A stretch of 32,000 nt of DNA, taken from NCBI RefSeq assembly GCF_000175255.2, contig NC_017262.1:300001-332000 (forward strand), read 5' to 3'. Origin of the DNA: Zymomonas mobilis subsp. mobilis ATCC 10988. GTDB taxonomy: Bacteria > Pseudomonadota > Alphaproteobacteria > Sphingomonadales > Sphingomonadaceae. The notes below the pieces were generated by a model. The model was not told the origin of the DNA. It did no database searches and worked only from the letters and a program-made list of their open reading frames with translations. Made by a program: the position numbers and the translations under genes. Positions 9,726-18,620 of this stretch are shown here, piece by piece; within the stretch, counting starts at the first letter, position 1; every line of letters starts with the position of its first letter.

Positions 9726-11312
9726 ATGCAGCCTTTTTTTCAATCATTAAAAAGAAATAGCGCGCTCATACCCGCTTTAAGCATTTTAGCGTCTATTCCT
9801 GTGTTAGCGTCTCCTGCTCATGCCGTGATACCTTCTAAGAAGTTGAAATCAGGTCGTTTCTCGACACAGGCTGAAATCGCAAGACAAGCTGAAGAAATCC
9901 GGCAGCTTCATGCTGAAATTAAAGCTTTGGCGATGAAGCTGGATACCCAGAATAATGCCAAGACAACAGAATCAACCGCATTAGCACAGGCGCAAATACC
10001 GGCAGGCAGCTCATCCGCTGCCACAACGACGGCGCCTGACCAAAAAGCAGTCCCATCAGATGCCCAGTTAAAATTGGCAGCGGCGATTGATTCTATTCCA
10101 GATCAAGTTAATAAAGCCGTCGATAAACAGGTCGATAAGTCGCTTTCTCAACGACTGAATAAAAATCTAAAATTTGGCGACTGGTTCGCGAAAACCCATA
10201 TCGGGATGAGAATGTATTCCAATGCCAGCTGGGCGACCTATCGTTCTGATGGAAAGGCTGCGGCATGGATGCCGGCCCGAAATTCAGCGGCAACCTCGAT
10301 CAATACGCCCGCTGGTAATATTGGCTATGATACTAAAAATCGGCCAGTCGGAGATTCAATCGGCTTTGACCTGAAACGCTTTTATTTGATGGTTGACCAT
10401 AAATTTAATGACAACTGGGCTGCCCGTTTAACAACAGATGCCTCTTATATTTCTGGGGTGGGCGAAGCCATTTACATTAAACATGCTTATTTAGAAGGGA
10501 AGCAATCTGACGCGTTCTCGGTGCGTTTCGGTGCCGCTGACCTCCCATGGTTACCTTTTGTCGAAAATCTCTATGGGTATCGCTGGGTTGAAAATACCAC
10601 TTCAGAAAGAGCCAATTTCGCCACTTCGGCAGATTGGGGTATTTTTGCCATGGGTAAATTATGGAATGGCTTGGTCGAATATAATATGGCGGTTGTGGAC
10701 GGCTCCGGTTATCGTTCGCCTTTCCGTTCAAAAAATCCTGATTTTGAAGGTCGTATTAACGTCAATTATGCCGGATTTACCGTCGGCGGTGGGGCGCATA
10801 TCGGGCATCAAGGTCAAGAACGTGGCCAGATGGGCGAATATGTTTATAATGCCGCACAACGTTATAATGCGATTATCGCTTATGTGCATGGCCGTTTCCG
10901 TTTCGGTGCAGAATATTTCTATGCCAAGGATTTCACCAGCTCAGCCTTGGATTGTAATTTGAATGCCTGTGCATCCTCCAGTGATCTTTACAAAAAAGAT
11001 GCCGGTCAAGGCGCTGCTGGATGGGGGTCAGTTCGTATTTTTGATAAAGTCTCGCTATTCGGGCGCTATGACTGGGCGCAACCTTATATGAAAAGCGATT
11101 CTCATTTCAAAGATCACTATTTCAATGCGGGTATTGATTGGCAGCCCATTAACAATATTGATGTTGGCCTTGTCTATAAACAGGAAAATGTTACCAATCA
11201 CGGTTACACGGGCAGCGTGCCTATCTACATCAACACAACCAATGGCGCGCTGGGTGGTATGAGAAGTGCCTCTTACAAAGAATTAGGTATATTTACGAAT
11301 TTCAACTTCTAA
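9726..11312 (+). CDS. Porin, phosphate-selective (OprO/OprP-like) type
   Basis: Signal peptide, coiled N-terminal segment, beta-barrel-like body with C-terminal NF; ATG 9726; divergent from pstS and downstream of the Pho-like array. Confidence 0.8.
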   Translation: MQPFFQSLKRNSALIPALSILASIPVLASPAHAVIPSKKLKSGRFSTQAEIARQAEEIRQLHAEIKALAMKLDTQNNAKTTESTALAQAQIPAGSSSAATTTAPDQKAVPSDAQLKLAAAIDSIPDQVNKAVDKQVDKSLSQRLNKNLKFGDWFAKTHIGMRMYSNASWATYRSDGKAAAWMPARNSAATSINTPAGNIGYDTKNRPVGDSIGFDLKRFYLMVDHKFNDNWAARLTTDASYISGVGEAIYIKHAYLEGKQSDAFSVRFGAADLPWLPFVENLYGYRWVENTTSERANFATSADWGIFAMGKLWNGLVEYNMAVVDGSGYRSPFRSKNPDFEGRINVNYAGFTVGGGAHIGHQGQERGQMGEYVYNAAQRYNAIIAYVHGRFRFGAEYFYAKDFTSSALDCNLNACASSSDLYKKDAGQGAAGWGSVRIFDKVSLFGRYDWAQPYMKSDSHFKDHYFNAGIDWQPINNIDVGLVYKQENVTNHGYTGSVPIYINTTNGALGGMRSASYKELGIFTNFNF

Positions 11313-11340
11313 TCGGGCATTATCTTATCGTTATAAAAAA

Positions 11341-11365
11341 GAAGGCATCTTTTCGGGATGCCTTC
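11341..11365 (+). terminator. Rho-independent terminator downstream of porin gene
   Basis: GAAGGCATC TTTTCGG GATGCCTTC followed by TTTCTTT. Confidence 0.85.
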
Positions 11366-11397
11366 TTTCTTTAAATTGCCGAAAATTGTCGATAGAT

Positions 11398-11862
11398 TTA
11401 TTTTTTACCGCGTAATTCGTCGCGAATTTCACGCAGCAAGACAATATCTTCCGGCGTAGGTGCGGCTTCGGCAATTTTTTCTTCTTTTTTAGCTTCGGTT
11501 TTATCCAGCTCTTTTTGTAATTTAGCGGCAAGTTTCATAATCATGAACAAAATGAAAGCAACAATGACGAAATTGACAACAACCGTCAAAAATTGTCCAT
11601 AGCCGAAAAGCGGCACCCCGGCTTTTTTCAGATCATTATAGCTGGTTAATGATCCGGTATAACCGGCGGGGACAGCGCCCAAACGGATAAAAAATCCAGA
11701 GAAATCAACACCGCCAAAGACAGCACCGATGATCGGCATCAACAAATCGCCCGTTACAGAACTGATGATTTTGTTGAAAGCATCGCCCATAATGACCGCG
11801 ATACCTAAACCGAGCACATTGCCTTTGCTGATAAAATTCTTAAAATCAGTGAGTATTGACAT
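11398..11862 (-). CDS. mscL: Large-conductance mechanosensitive channel
   Basis: MSILTDFKNFISKGNVLGLGIAVIMGDAFNKIISSVTGDLLMPIIG; start trimmed to 11862. Confidence 0.95.
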   Translation of the reverse strand: MSILTDFKNFISKGNVLGLGIAVIMGDAFNKIISSVTGDLLMPIIGAVFGGVDFSGFFIRLGAVPAGYTGSLTSYNDLKKAGVPLFGYGQFLTVVVNFVIVAFILFMIMKLAAKLQKELDKTEAKKEEKIAEAAPTPEDIVLLREIRDELRGKK

Positions 11863-12092
11863 AATCTTCCTTTTGCGATTCTGGAGATTTATCCTATCTT
11901 TAAAAGAGCGGATTCCCAAAATAAAATACGGGTCTCAAAAGCCGCTAAATAGTCCAAAACCGTGATTTTTGAATATAAAAAAGGCCATGATATTAAATAT
12001 TTTTTTCTGATATAGTAAATATGAAACATGGTCTGGATTTCATTTGTTCAATAACAAAATATATTGCATCCATCACTAACCGGAGATTTTTT

Positions 12093-12719
12093 ATGTCTTT
12101 GTTACGCCGAGCTTCTCCTTTTTTGCTTGCTCCGGTCGCCATCGTTTCTCTTTCAAGCTGCGGTATTAACCAGATACCCGCCGCCGAAGAAAACGCCAAA
12201 GCCCGCTGGGCAGATGTCCAGAATGAATATCAGCGCCGCGCTGATCTTATTCCCAATTTGGTGGCGACCGTAAAAGGCTATGCCAGCCATGAAAAAGATG
12301 TGCTGACCGCCGTGACCGAAGCCCGTGCGAAAGCAACGGCGATCAATGTAAAAGTTGATAACCCAGATTCTATGAAGCAATTTGCCGAGGCTCAAGGTCA
12401 TTTAAGCATGGCTTTGGGGCGGTTGATGTCTGTTCGGGAACAATATCCCCAGTTGCAGGCCGATCAGAATTTTCTGGCACTTCAGGCGCAATTAGAAGGC
12501 ACGGAAAACCGGATTACGATTGCCAGACGCGACTATAACGAAGCTGTCCAGCAGTATAATACCTTGGTCAGGACTTTCCCGAATGCCATTGGTGCCAAAA
12601 TATTCTATGGCGCGAAACCAATGACGCCTTACGAAGCGACAGCTACCAATGCCCAAGCAGCGCCTACCGTCAATTTTGACACGCCTGCCCCAACAACCCC
12701 GTCTAACAGCCAGAATTAA
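12093..12719 (+). CDS. LemA family protein
   Basis: Lipoprotein-like signal (SSCGINQIPAAEE), RRADLIPNLVATVKGYASHEKDVLTAVTEARAKA, start trimmed to ATG 12093. Confidence 0.93.
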   Translation: MSLLRRASPFLLAPVAIVSLSSCGINQIPAAEENAKARWADVQNEYQRRADLIPNLVATVKGYASHEKDVLTAVTEARAKATAINVKVDNPDSMKQFAEAQGHLSMALGRLMSVREQYPQLQADQNFLALQAQLEGTENRITIARRDYNEAVQQYNTLVRTFPNAIGAKIFYGAKPMTPYEATATNAQAAPTVNFDTPAPTTPSNSQN

Positions 12720-12723
12720 TAAG

Positions 12724-13779
12724 ATGATGAAGCCGGTAGCTATGCATTCCCCCAGAAAAAATTTATCCTCCGGTTACCGGCTTTTCGGGCTGTTGCTGTT
12801 ATTTGTTTTTTTGGTTTTTGCCAAAAATGCTTCGGCTTTTGCCCAAAATTTTCCGGAACTTGGTGACCAATATGTGGTCGATGATGCTCAAATTCTGACT
12901 CCAGCTGACAAAACACAGCTCAATTCAGACTTGGCTATGATCGAAGCCAAAAGCGGACATCAAATGGTCGTAGTGACCTTAAGTGATCTTCAAGGATATG
13001 ACATCCGTGACTATGGCTATCGCTTAGGACGCTATTGGAAAATCGGTCATGCCAAAATCAATGATGGTCTGATCTTTTTAGTTTATACTAATCATAACCA
13101 AGATCATGGCCGGAAAGTCAGCGTCGAAGTCGGCTATGGATTAGAGGGGCAGATTCCTGATGCCTTGGCCTTTACCCTTCTTCATCAGAAGGTAACGCCC
13201 ATTATGAAAAAAGATCCCCGAAAAGGCATCAAAACGGCCGTGCAAATTTTCGGTGACCTTCTGACAGACCCCAATGACGAGTTGAGAAGTAAATCTCTAG
13301 CTGCAGAGCAAACTTACCAAAGTAAAAGAGCCACTGCTCCCCTACCCTCTGATGTAAAACCGCTACCGCCTATTCATCCTCTTTTCTGGATTATTTTGTT
13401 CTGTGGCGGCGGTTTGGTGATTATTGCTATGGTCAGTGAAGGCCAATATCGCTCACAAAAGAAACCACAAACTTTGTCGAGTAATCATGGGGTTTTGCCT
13501 CCTAGAACGCGGCTCCAGATATTCTTTGCGACTTTGTGGTCAGTTATTAAAACAATTTTTTCAGCCATTTATGCCGTTCTAAAATTCTTTTTGGCTGTTC
13601 TCTCCATTTTCTCGATCCTCTCTATGCTGTTTAACCGACGCGGCGGCGGTGGGGGCGGATCTTCCTCTGGCGGTGGTTTCTGGGGCGGTGGTAACGACGA
13701 TTCCGGCGGCAGTGACGATTCTTTCGGGGGGGGCGATGGTGGTTCTTTTGGCGGCGGTGGTGCCTCTGATGATTACTAA
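12724..13779 (+). CDS. TPM_phosphatase (YgcG) domain membrane protein with Gly-rich C-terminus
   Basis: VVDDAQILTPADKTQLNSDLAMIEAKSGHQMVVVTLSDLQGYDIRDYGYRLGRYWKIG; TM segments; GGGGGGSSSGGGFWGGG tail; starts 4 nt after the lemA-family stop. Confidence 0.92.
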   Translation: MMKPVAMHSPRKNLSSGYRLFGLLLLFVFLVFAKNASAFAQNFPELGDQYVVDDAQILTPADKTQLNSDLAMIEAKSGHQMVVVTLSDLQGYDIRDYGYRLGRYWKIGHAKINDGLIFLVYTNHNQDHGRKVSVEVGYGLEGQIPDALAFTLLHQKVTPIMKKDPRKGIKTAVQIFGDLLTDPNDELRSKSLAAEQTYQSKRATAPLPSDVKPLPPIHPLFWIILFCGGGLVIIAMVSEGQYRSQKKPQTLSSNHGVLPPRTRLQIFFATLWSVIKTIFSAIYAVLKFFLAVLSIFSILSMLFNRRGGGGGGSSSGGGFWGGGNDDSGGSDDSFGGGDGGSFGGGGASDDY

Positions 13780-13863
13780 AAATCACCGTTTTTTTGATGG
13801 GCTATTGCTTTAACCTATCAATAGTCCGTTACAGCCAGATTATGACTTTTTGAATAGGCGGAA

Positions 13864-14421
13864 ATGATGCCACATAACTCAAAATCCACATCCCAGCCTG
13901 AAACTGAAATACTTTATTCCGGCAAATTCATTATTCTAAAACGGCGCGGAACATGGGAATATGCCAGCCGTCCCCATAACATGGGAGCGGCTGTTATCCT
14001 CGCTCTCGATGGGGAATATGTTATTCTTGTCGAACAACCTCGTATCCCTTTTGGGGCGCATACGATTGAATTGCCTGCAGGTTTGATTGGGGATACCGAT
14101 TCACATGAATCGGTCGAAACCGCTGCCGCCCGTGAATTAATCGAAGAAACCGGATATAAAGCTGATATCATCGAAAATTTGGGTCAATTCGCCTCTTCCC
14201 CTGGCATGACATCAGAAAGCTTTTTTCTGGTGCGTGCCCAAAATCTTACCCGCATTTCAGAAGGTGGTGGCGTCGATGATGAAGAGATCACCGTCCATCG
14301 GGTGAAATTATCAGAATTACCGGATTTTCTGGAACAGAAACGACAGCAAGGTCTCGTCATTGACGCCAAATTGTTATTACTTTTGGGGTCAAATTTTCTG
14401 GGATTGTCTGTTTCTAAATAG
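13864..14421 (+). CDS. NUDIX hydrolase (ADP-ribose pyrophosphatase-like)
   Basis: Nudix box with extended GLIGDTDSHESVETAAARELIEETGY. Confidence 0.9.
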   Translation: MMPHNSKSTSQPETEILYSGKFIILKRRGTWEYASRPHNMGAAVILALDGEYVILVEQPRIPFGAHTIELPAGLIGDTDSHESVETAAARELIEETGYKADIIENLGQFASSPGMTSESFFLVRAQNLTRISEGGGVDDEEITVHRVKLSELPDFLEQKRQQGLVIDAKLLLLLGSNFLGLSVSK

Positions 14422-14433
14422 AAAATAAAAAGA

Positions 14434-14510
14434 TGGTGACCCCGGCGTGACTCGAACACGCAACATCCTGCTTAGAAGGCAGGTGCTCTATCCGGTTGAG
14501 CTACGGGGCC
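14434..14510 (-). tRNA. tRNA-Arg(TCT), CCA encoded
   Basis: Reverse complement GGCCCCGTAGCTCAACCGGATAGAGCACCTGCCTTCTAAGCAGG...GTTCGAGTC...CGGGGTCACCA; acceptor and anticodon stems pair (one G-U). Confidence 0.95.
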
Positions 14511-14619
14511 ACTAGCGCCATGCTCTATACGCATTTAATCGCAATTTTCAACCATTTAATATTTTTAGACGCTTTAATCTTTTAAAAATGCCTTTTCTGA
14601 TCGGACATCAGGCACAAAA

Positions 14620-14651
14620 AATCCCCTTCTCTTCCAAAAGACAAGGGGATT
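14620..14651 (-). terminator. Rho-independent terminator downstream of TonB-dependent receptor
   Basis: AATCCCCTT ... AAGGGGATT flanked by A/T tracts; could be bidirectional. Confidence 0.85.
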
Positions 14652-14660
14652 TTTTTGTTT

Positions 14661-17600
14661 TTAGAAATGGACTCCAACGGACATTTTAAAGGAACGTCCC
14701 ATCAGGCTTTCATAATAGCGTGTCACACTGATAGATCCCGGATATTTCGGAAGCGCATCCGTGATGTTGTTAACTATCAGGCTAGCATCAATATGGTCCG
14801 TAATTCTGTATCCTACCGTCATATTGAAATAGGCAAAATCAGGCCGTCTATTATTTTCATATGTTTTATCCGAAACCTGAACCGCATAACGCGCCTTACC
14901 ATACCAGATGGTCTGCCACTGGAAGGATAATCTATCACGGGTATAATTCATATTGATCGTGAAATTATCCTGCGGCTGCGTTGTGGTGCCGAACATGTCA
15001 TAAGTGCTTGTTAAGATTTTCTGCTCATTTTTGACATAATGAATGTAATTACCCGTTAACTCCACCGTTCCGGCTGAATCAGGCAACCCTAAACGACGCA
15101 GGGGAAGAACATAATTAATTTTGCCTTGAACAGCCTGCATATGTTGACTGGCAACATTGTAATATCCTTCGGCAAAATCAGTGACCTGATGCGTGGAAGG
15201 ATCACGGGTAAAGGCACCGCAATAACTACTGTTAGGATAAGATGAAGAGTCATAGCAGGCACTCATCAAATCACCGAGGCCAAGAGAGGTAATCTCGTTA
15301 TTGATTTTGACATCAATATAGGCGCCGTTGATGGTCAATCCCGGAACAAAATGGGGCGTAAAATCAACCGCTGCTGTAAAGCTGTGCGATGTCTCATTTT
15401 TCAAATGCGTGTTACCGCCACTCGTCCCCGGCATCGTCTGGTTAACGATCTGAGACTGGAAGTTGGTCGGGATACCTGCTGCTGCACAATTCGCCCGTCT
15501 CGTAGCCGGATTAGGGCCTGAATCCAAAAATTCATATGAGCAAGGATCATTTGCCGAACCATAAACAGTAGATTTTGTCGCGAATAATTCGGTCACCGAA
15601 GGATTCCGCACTGATTGGGCATAGTTGCCACTAAATCCGAAATCGCGCGTTGGCCACCATGTGCCGCCGAACATATAAGTCCAATAGCTTCCGGTCATAC
15701 TGTTATTGATATACCGACCATTGGCAGTCACCGAAAGATTATAGGCACCCGCCATATGCATATTGGGTGAAATCAGCGGGATATCCAATTCCCCAAAGGC
15801 TTCATGGGTATGATAAGCCCCGCTAACGGCTGTAATCGGTGCGGAATTACCATAGCGCCGCCTTGTTCCATCCGATAACAGTTCACCTTCGGCAAAACTT
15901 CCCGGATTGAAATTATAACTTTCACGGCGATGTTCGTAACCAATATCCCAGCGGATATCGCCTGCTGGAAGTTTGGCAATAGTGCTGTTGATTTCAGCCT
16001 GAATATCGCGCTGGGAATTGCGGTTTTTGCTATGCACATCAGAAATGACATAGTCTTTCGCAGCTTGCGACATCTGGTTAAATCCAAATGGATTCAACGG
16101 CGAACAGGTCGAACTTCTGGTGGCTGCTGTTGAATTCACATATCCGGCGGCACAAACAATATTGCCGGCGGCATCGGTTGTTGCATTCAAAGCATTGATG
16201 AAATTTTGGGTGTTGATCGAAGGCTGCCAAGTATTATTGAAATATTGGCTATATTCCCCCGCTATTTTCCAGTTAAAATGCCGTCCAAAAGCATTAAAAT
16301 CACCATCAAGACCACCTTGTAACCGATACATTTGGTCTTTGGTTCTGAACATACCCGCATCCAGATCCTGATTAAGCCTTTCCATATAAAAAGTATCAGT
16401 GGGCTGACCGGCGGCCTTCAAGGCATTGACAATAGTTGTGCGTTCTGCCGCTGTCAGGAAGGGATTATTCGTGCTTAAAGTTAACGGGCCATTGACATCG
16501 GTATAACCCGTATAGGAATCTCCGTTTAAATAGCTATCCATGGTCATGGGGCCTTGGAAGCCCGTATCCTGCCACGTGCCTTGCCCTACCTGACTTTTGG
16601 CTTCACCGCGCTGATACCATCCTTGCCATGTGGCATGGATATGGTCGCTCAAATCATAATGGCCAAGGGTTGTCAGATTGAGGGTCTTAGATGGAGTATA
16701 TATCTGGCTGTAATCACTAAGCGCGATACCATTACCCCCTAATCCATAATAATTATCACGAATTAAGGTATCAGCCGTCAATGGGACGAGGGATTTACCA
16801 TCCTGACTGAACATCGCGGCTTGATTGCCATTCCCTGACGGTACACCCAGATCAATCTGATTGAGATAGGTCGGATAAGATCCCATAGTGCCGGCCGTAA
16901 GCGGCATACCTGTCACCGAACTTTGGATATAACGCCGTCCCTTGGTAAAGACATAAGAATAAGGTGACGTGCTGCCTACAGGCCGATGGGAATAAGAGGT
17001 CTTTTCCGAACCAAATACATTATTTCTGTCTTTGGCAAGGACACCGCCACTATGACGATATTCAACGTCAAAGACGATACCGCCCCGCCCTTCATTGAAT
17101 TCAGTGCCCCCTTTAAAATAGATTTTTTCCTGAGGCGCTTTTAATCTTTGGGTAAAGCCGCCTTGCGCATTAAAATCGATGCCCTTGAAGTGATCATCCA
17201 ATTGATAATTGACCACACCGGCAACCGCATCGGCACCATAGCTCGCGCCCGCACCACCGTATTTGGTATCAATCTTTTTAATCAAAGAAGTCGGAATGGT
17301 GCCAACATCTACCTGCGAACCGGAACCGGCACCAAAAATCGAGGCAGTCGCCCCGCCAACCATTCTCATACCATTAATCAATGTCAGGGTGCGCTGGTCA
17401 CCCAAATTGAAAAGAGAAACGAAAGATTGTCCTGCGCCATAGCTACTTTGTGACCCGATAGGGCTATTATTGGGGACTGAAAAAGCCGGATTTTCACGCA
17501 ACAAAGCCAATCCTATATCGCTATAGCCGCGCGTTTTAATCTGTTCTTCGCCCAAGGTTGAACCCGCCATCACATTGGAAAGGCGAGATTTCGACAAACG

Positions 17601-17837
17601 CGTTCCCGTAACCGTGATGGTATTGGTATCACTTGTCGAATTATGGTCTTTATCCTTGGTTTTATCTGTTTTTTTATCTGTAGATGACGCCTTGGGTGCA
17701 TCCGATAGATTGATGACGGATGGTATATTATCCGACAAAACAGGGCTTTGAACCTGTTCATTGTCCGCCTGAGCCGCCAAAGCTGGTGCAACAAAAGAAG
17801 AAATGCTGGCTAACAAGCCGAGACGGAATAAAGGCAC
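14661..17837 (-). CDS. TonB-dependent outer membrane receptor (large, 1058 aa)
   Basis: Signal peptide, plug segment (ITVTGTRLSKSRLSNV...), QSSYGAGQSFVSLFNLGDQRTLTLINGMRMVGG, barrel ending in aromatic residue (SVGVHF). Confidence 0.92.
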   Translation of the reverse strand: MPLFRLGLLASISSFVAPALAAQADNEQVQSPVLSDNIPSVINLSDAPKASSTDKKTDKTKDKDHNSTSDTNTITVTGTRLSKSRLSNVMAGSTLGEEQIKTRGYSDIGLALLRENPAFSVPNNSPIGSQSSYGAGQSFVSLFNLGDQRTLTLINGMRMVGGATASIFGAGSGSQVDVGTIPTSLIKKIDTKYGGAGASYGADAVAGVVNYQLDDHFKGIDFNAQGGFTQRLKAPQEKIYFKGGTEFNEGRGGIVFDVEYRHSGGVLAKDRNNVFGSEKTSYSHRPVGSTSPYSYVFTKGRRYIQSSVTGMPLTAGTMGSYPTYLNQIDLGVPSGNGNQAAMFSQDGKSLVPLTADTLIRDNYYGLGGNGIALSDYSQIYTPSKTLNLTTLGHYDLSDHIHATWQGWYQRGEAKSQVGQGTWQDTGFQGPMTMDSYLNGDSYTGYTDVNGPLTLSTNNPFLTAAERTTIVNALKAAGQPTDTFYMERLNQDLDAGMFRTKDQMYRLQGGLDGDFNAFGRHFNWKIAGEYSQYFNNTWQPSINTQNFINALNATTDAAGNIVCAAGYVNSTAATRSSTCSPLNPFGFNQMSQAAKDYVISDVHSKNRNSQRDIQAEINSTIAKLPAGDIRWDIGYEHRRESYNFNPGSFAEGELLSDGTRRRYGNSAPITAVSGAYHTHEAFGELDIPLISPNMHMAGAYNLSVTANGRYINNSMTGSYWTYMFGGTWWPTRDFGFSGNYAQSVRNPSVTELFATKSTVYGSANDPCSYEFLDSGPNPATRRANCAAAGIPTNFQSQIVNQTMPGTSGGNTHLKNETSHSFTAAVDFTPHFVPGLTINGAYIDVKINNEITSLGLGDLMSACYDSSSYPNSSYCGAFTRDPSTHQVTDFAEGYYNVASQHMQAVQGKINYVLPLRRLGLPDSAGTVELTGNYIHYVKNEQKILTSTYDMFGTTTQPQDNFTINMNYTRDRLSFQWQTIWYGKARYAVQVSDKTYENNRRPDFAYFNMTVGYRITDHIDASLIVNNITDALPKYPGSISVTRYYESLMGRSFKMSVGVHF

Positions 17838-18416
17838 GGGTCATCTTGAAGAAAGCCCATAACGATTTTTCATAGATTGTACCCCCCCATTGGTAAAATC
17901 GTGAAATTTTCAATTATGCTCGCTTCATTTTTGTAACATGATAATATTTATTAGCAATAGTATTGTTGTTAAATTTCTCAAAATAATTTATTTATAGTGA
18001 TATAAAATAACTTTATAAGTTTAATTCATTTTAAAACGAATAAAGTTAACATTTAAATTACTAATTTGTATTTTTTAATTAAAATAAATTAGCTTTTTAA
18101 GAACAAAAATATCATTAAAAATACCTTTTAAGTAAATTTATTCCAAAATGCTGAATGAAAATATTTTATTAAAATAAAAATTTTATTTTTATAATAGCTT
18201 TATTCTATAAAACTTTGATGCAAAAGCCCTCTAAAATGGATCGAAAATTGAGCGTTTTTGTAAATTTTTTTTTCAAAAAACGACGATCATCCAAGGATTT
18301 TTATCATTAAAAAATTTCATTTTATGATTTAAAAAATCTATAACCCCGACAAATCAACCGTTTGAACGGATTCGAACCCGCCTCCAAGCAGAATTTTCAC
18401 CCCTTATGCTAAAATA

Positions 18417-18462
18417 ATACTGTATCTAGTGGGCTGATGAAAATATCATATACCAGATAATG
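18417..18462 (+). promoter_or_regulatory. Candidate NrdR-box pair upstream of nrdA
   Basis: ATACTGTATCTAGTG (18417-18431; 13/15 to ACACWATATMTWGTG) and weaker ATATACCAGATAATG (18448-18462; 9/15) offset 31 bp. Confidence 0.55.
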
Positions 18463-18620
18463 ATTTTACTACGCCTCCAAAATGTATATGGATGCGGCAA
18501 ATAGAATGGCTCTTTCGCATTTTTCGAAAGGAATCATCCCTTCGATTAGAGGATAAGACCCTTCGGAAAATCGCTTTTCATTTTAACGGTTAGAATTTTC
18601 GGGCATTAGGAAATAAAGCT

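Noticed and set aside
10108-10962. ORFs 10108..10293, 10477..10731 and 10531..10962 inside the porin gene
   Set aside because: Alternative-frame reads of the porin coding sequence; no independent RBS or domain support.
18360-18395. tRNA-like T-arm string (GAACGGATTCGAACCCGCC)
   Set aside because: Neither strand gives a consistent T-stem, anticodon stem or acceptor stem; treated as chance or at best a degraded remnant.
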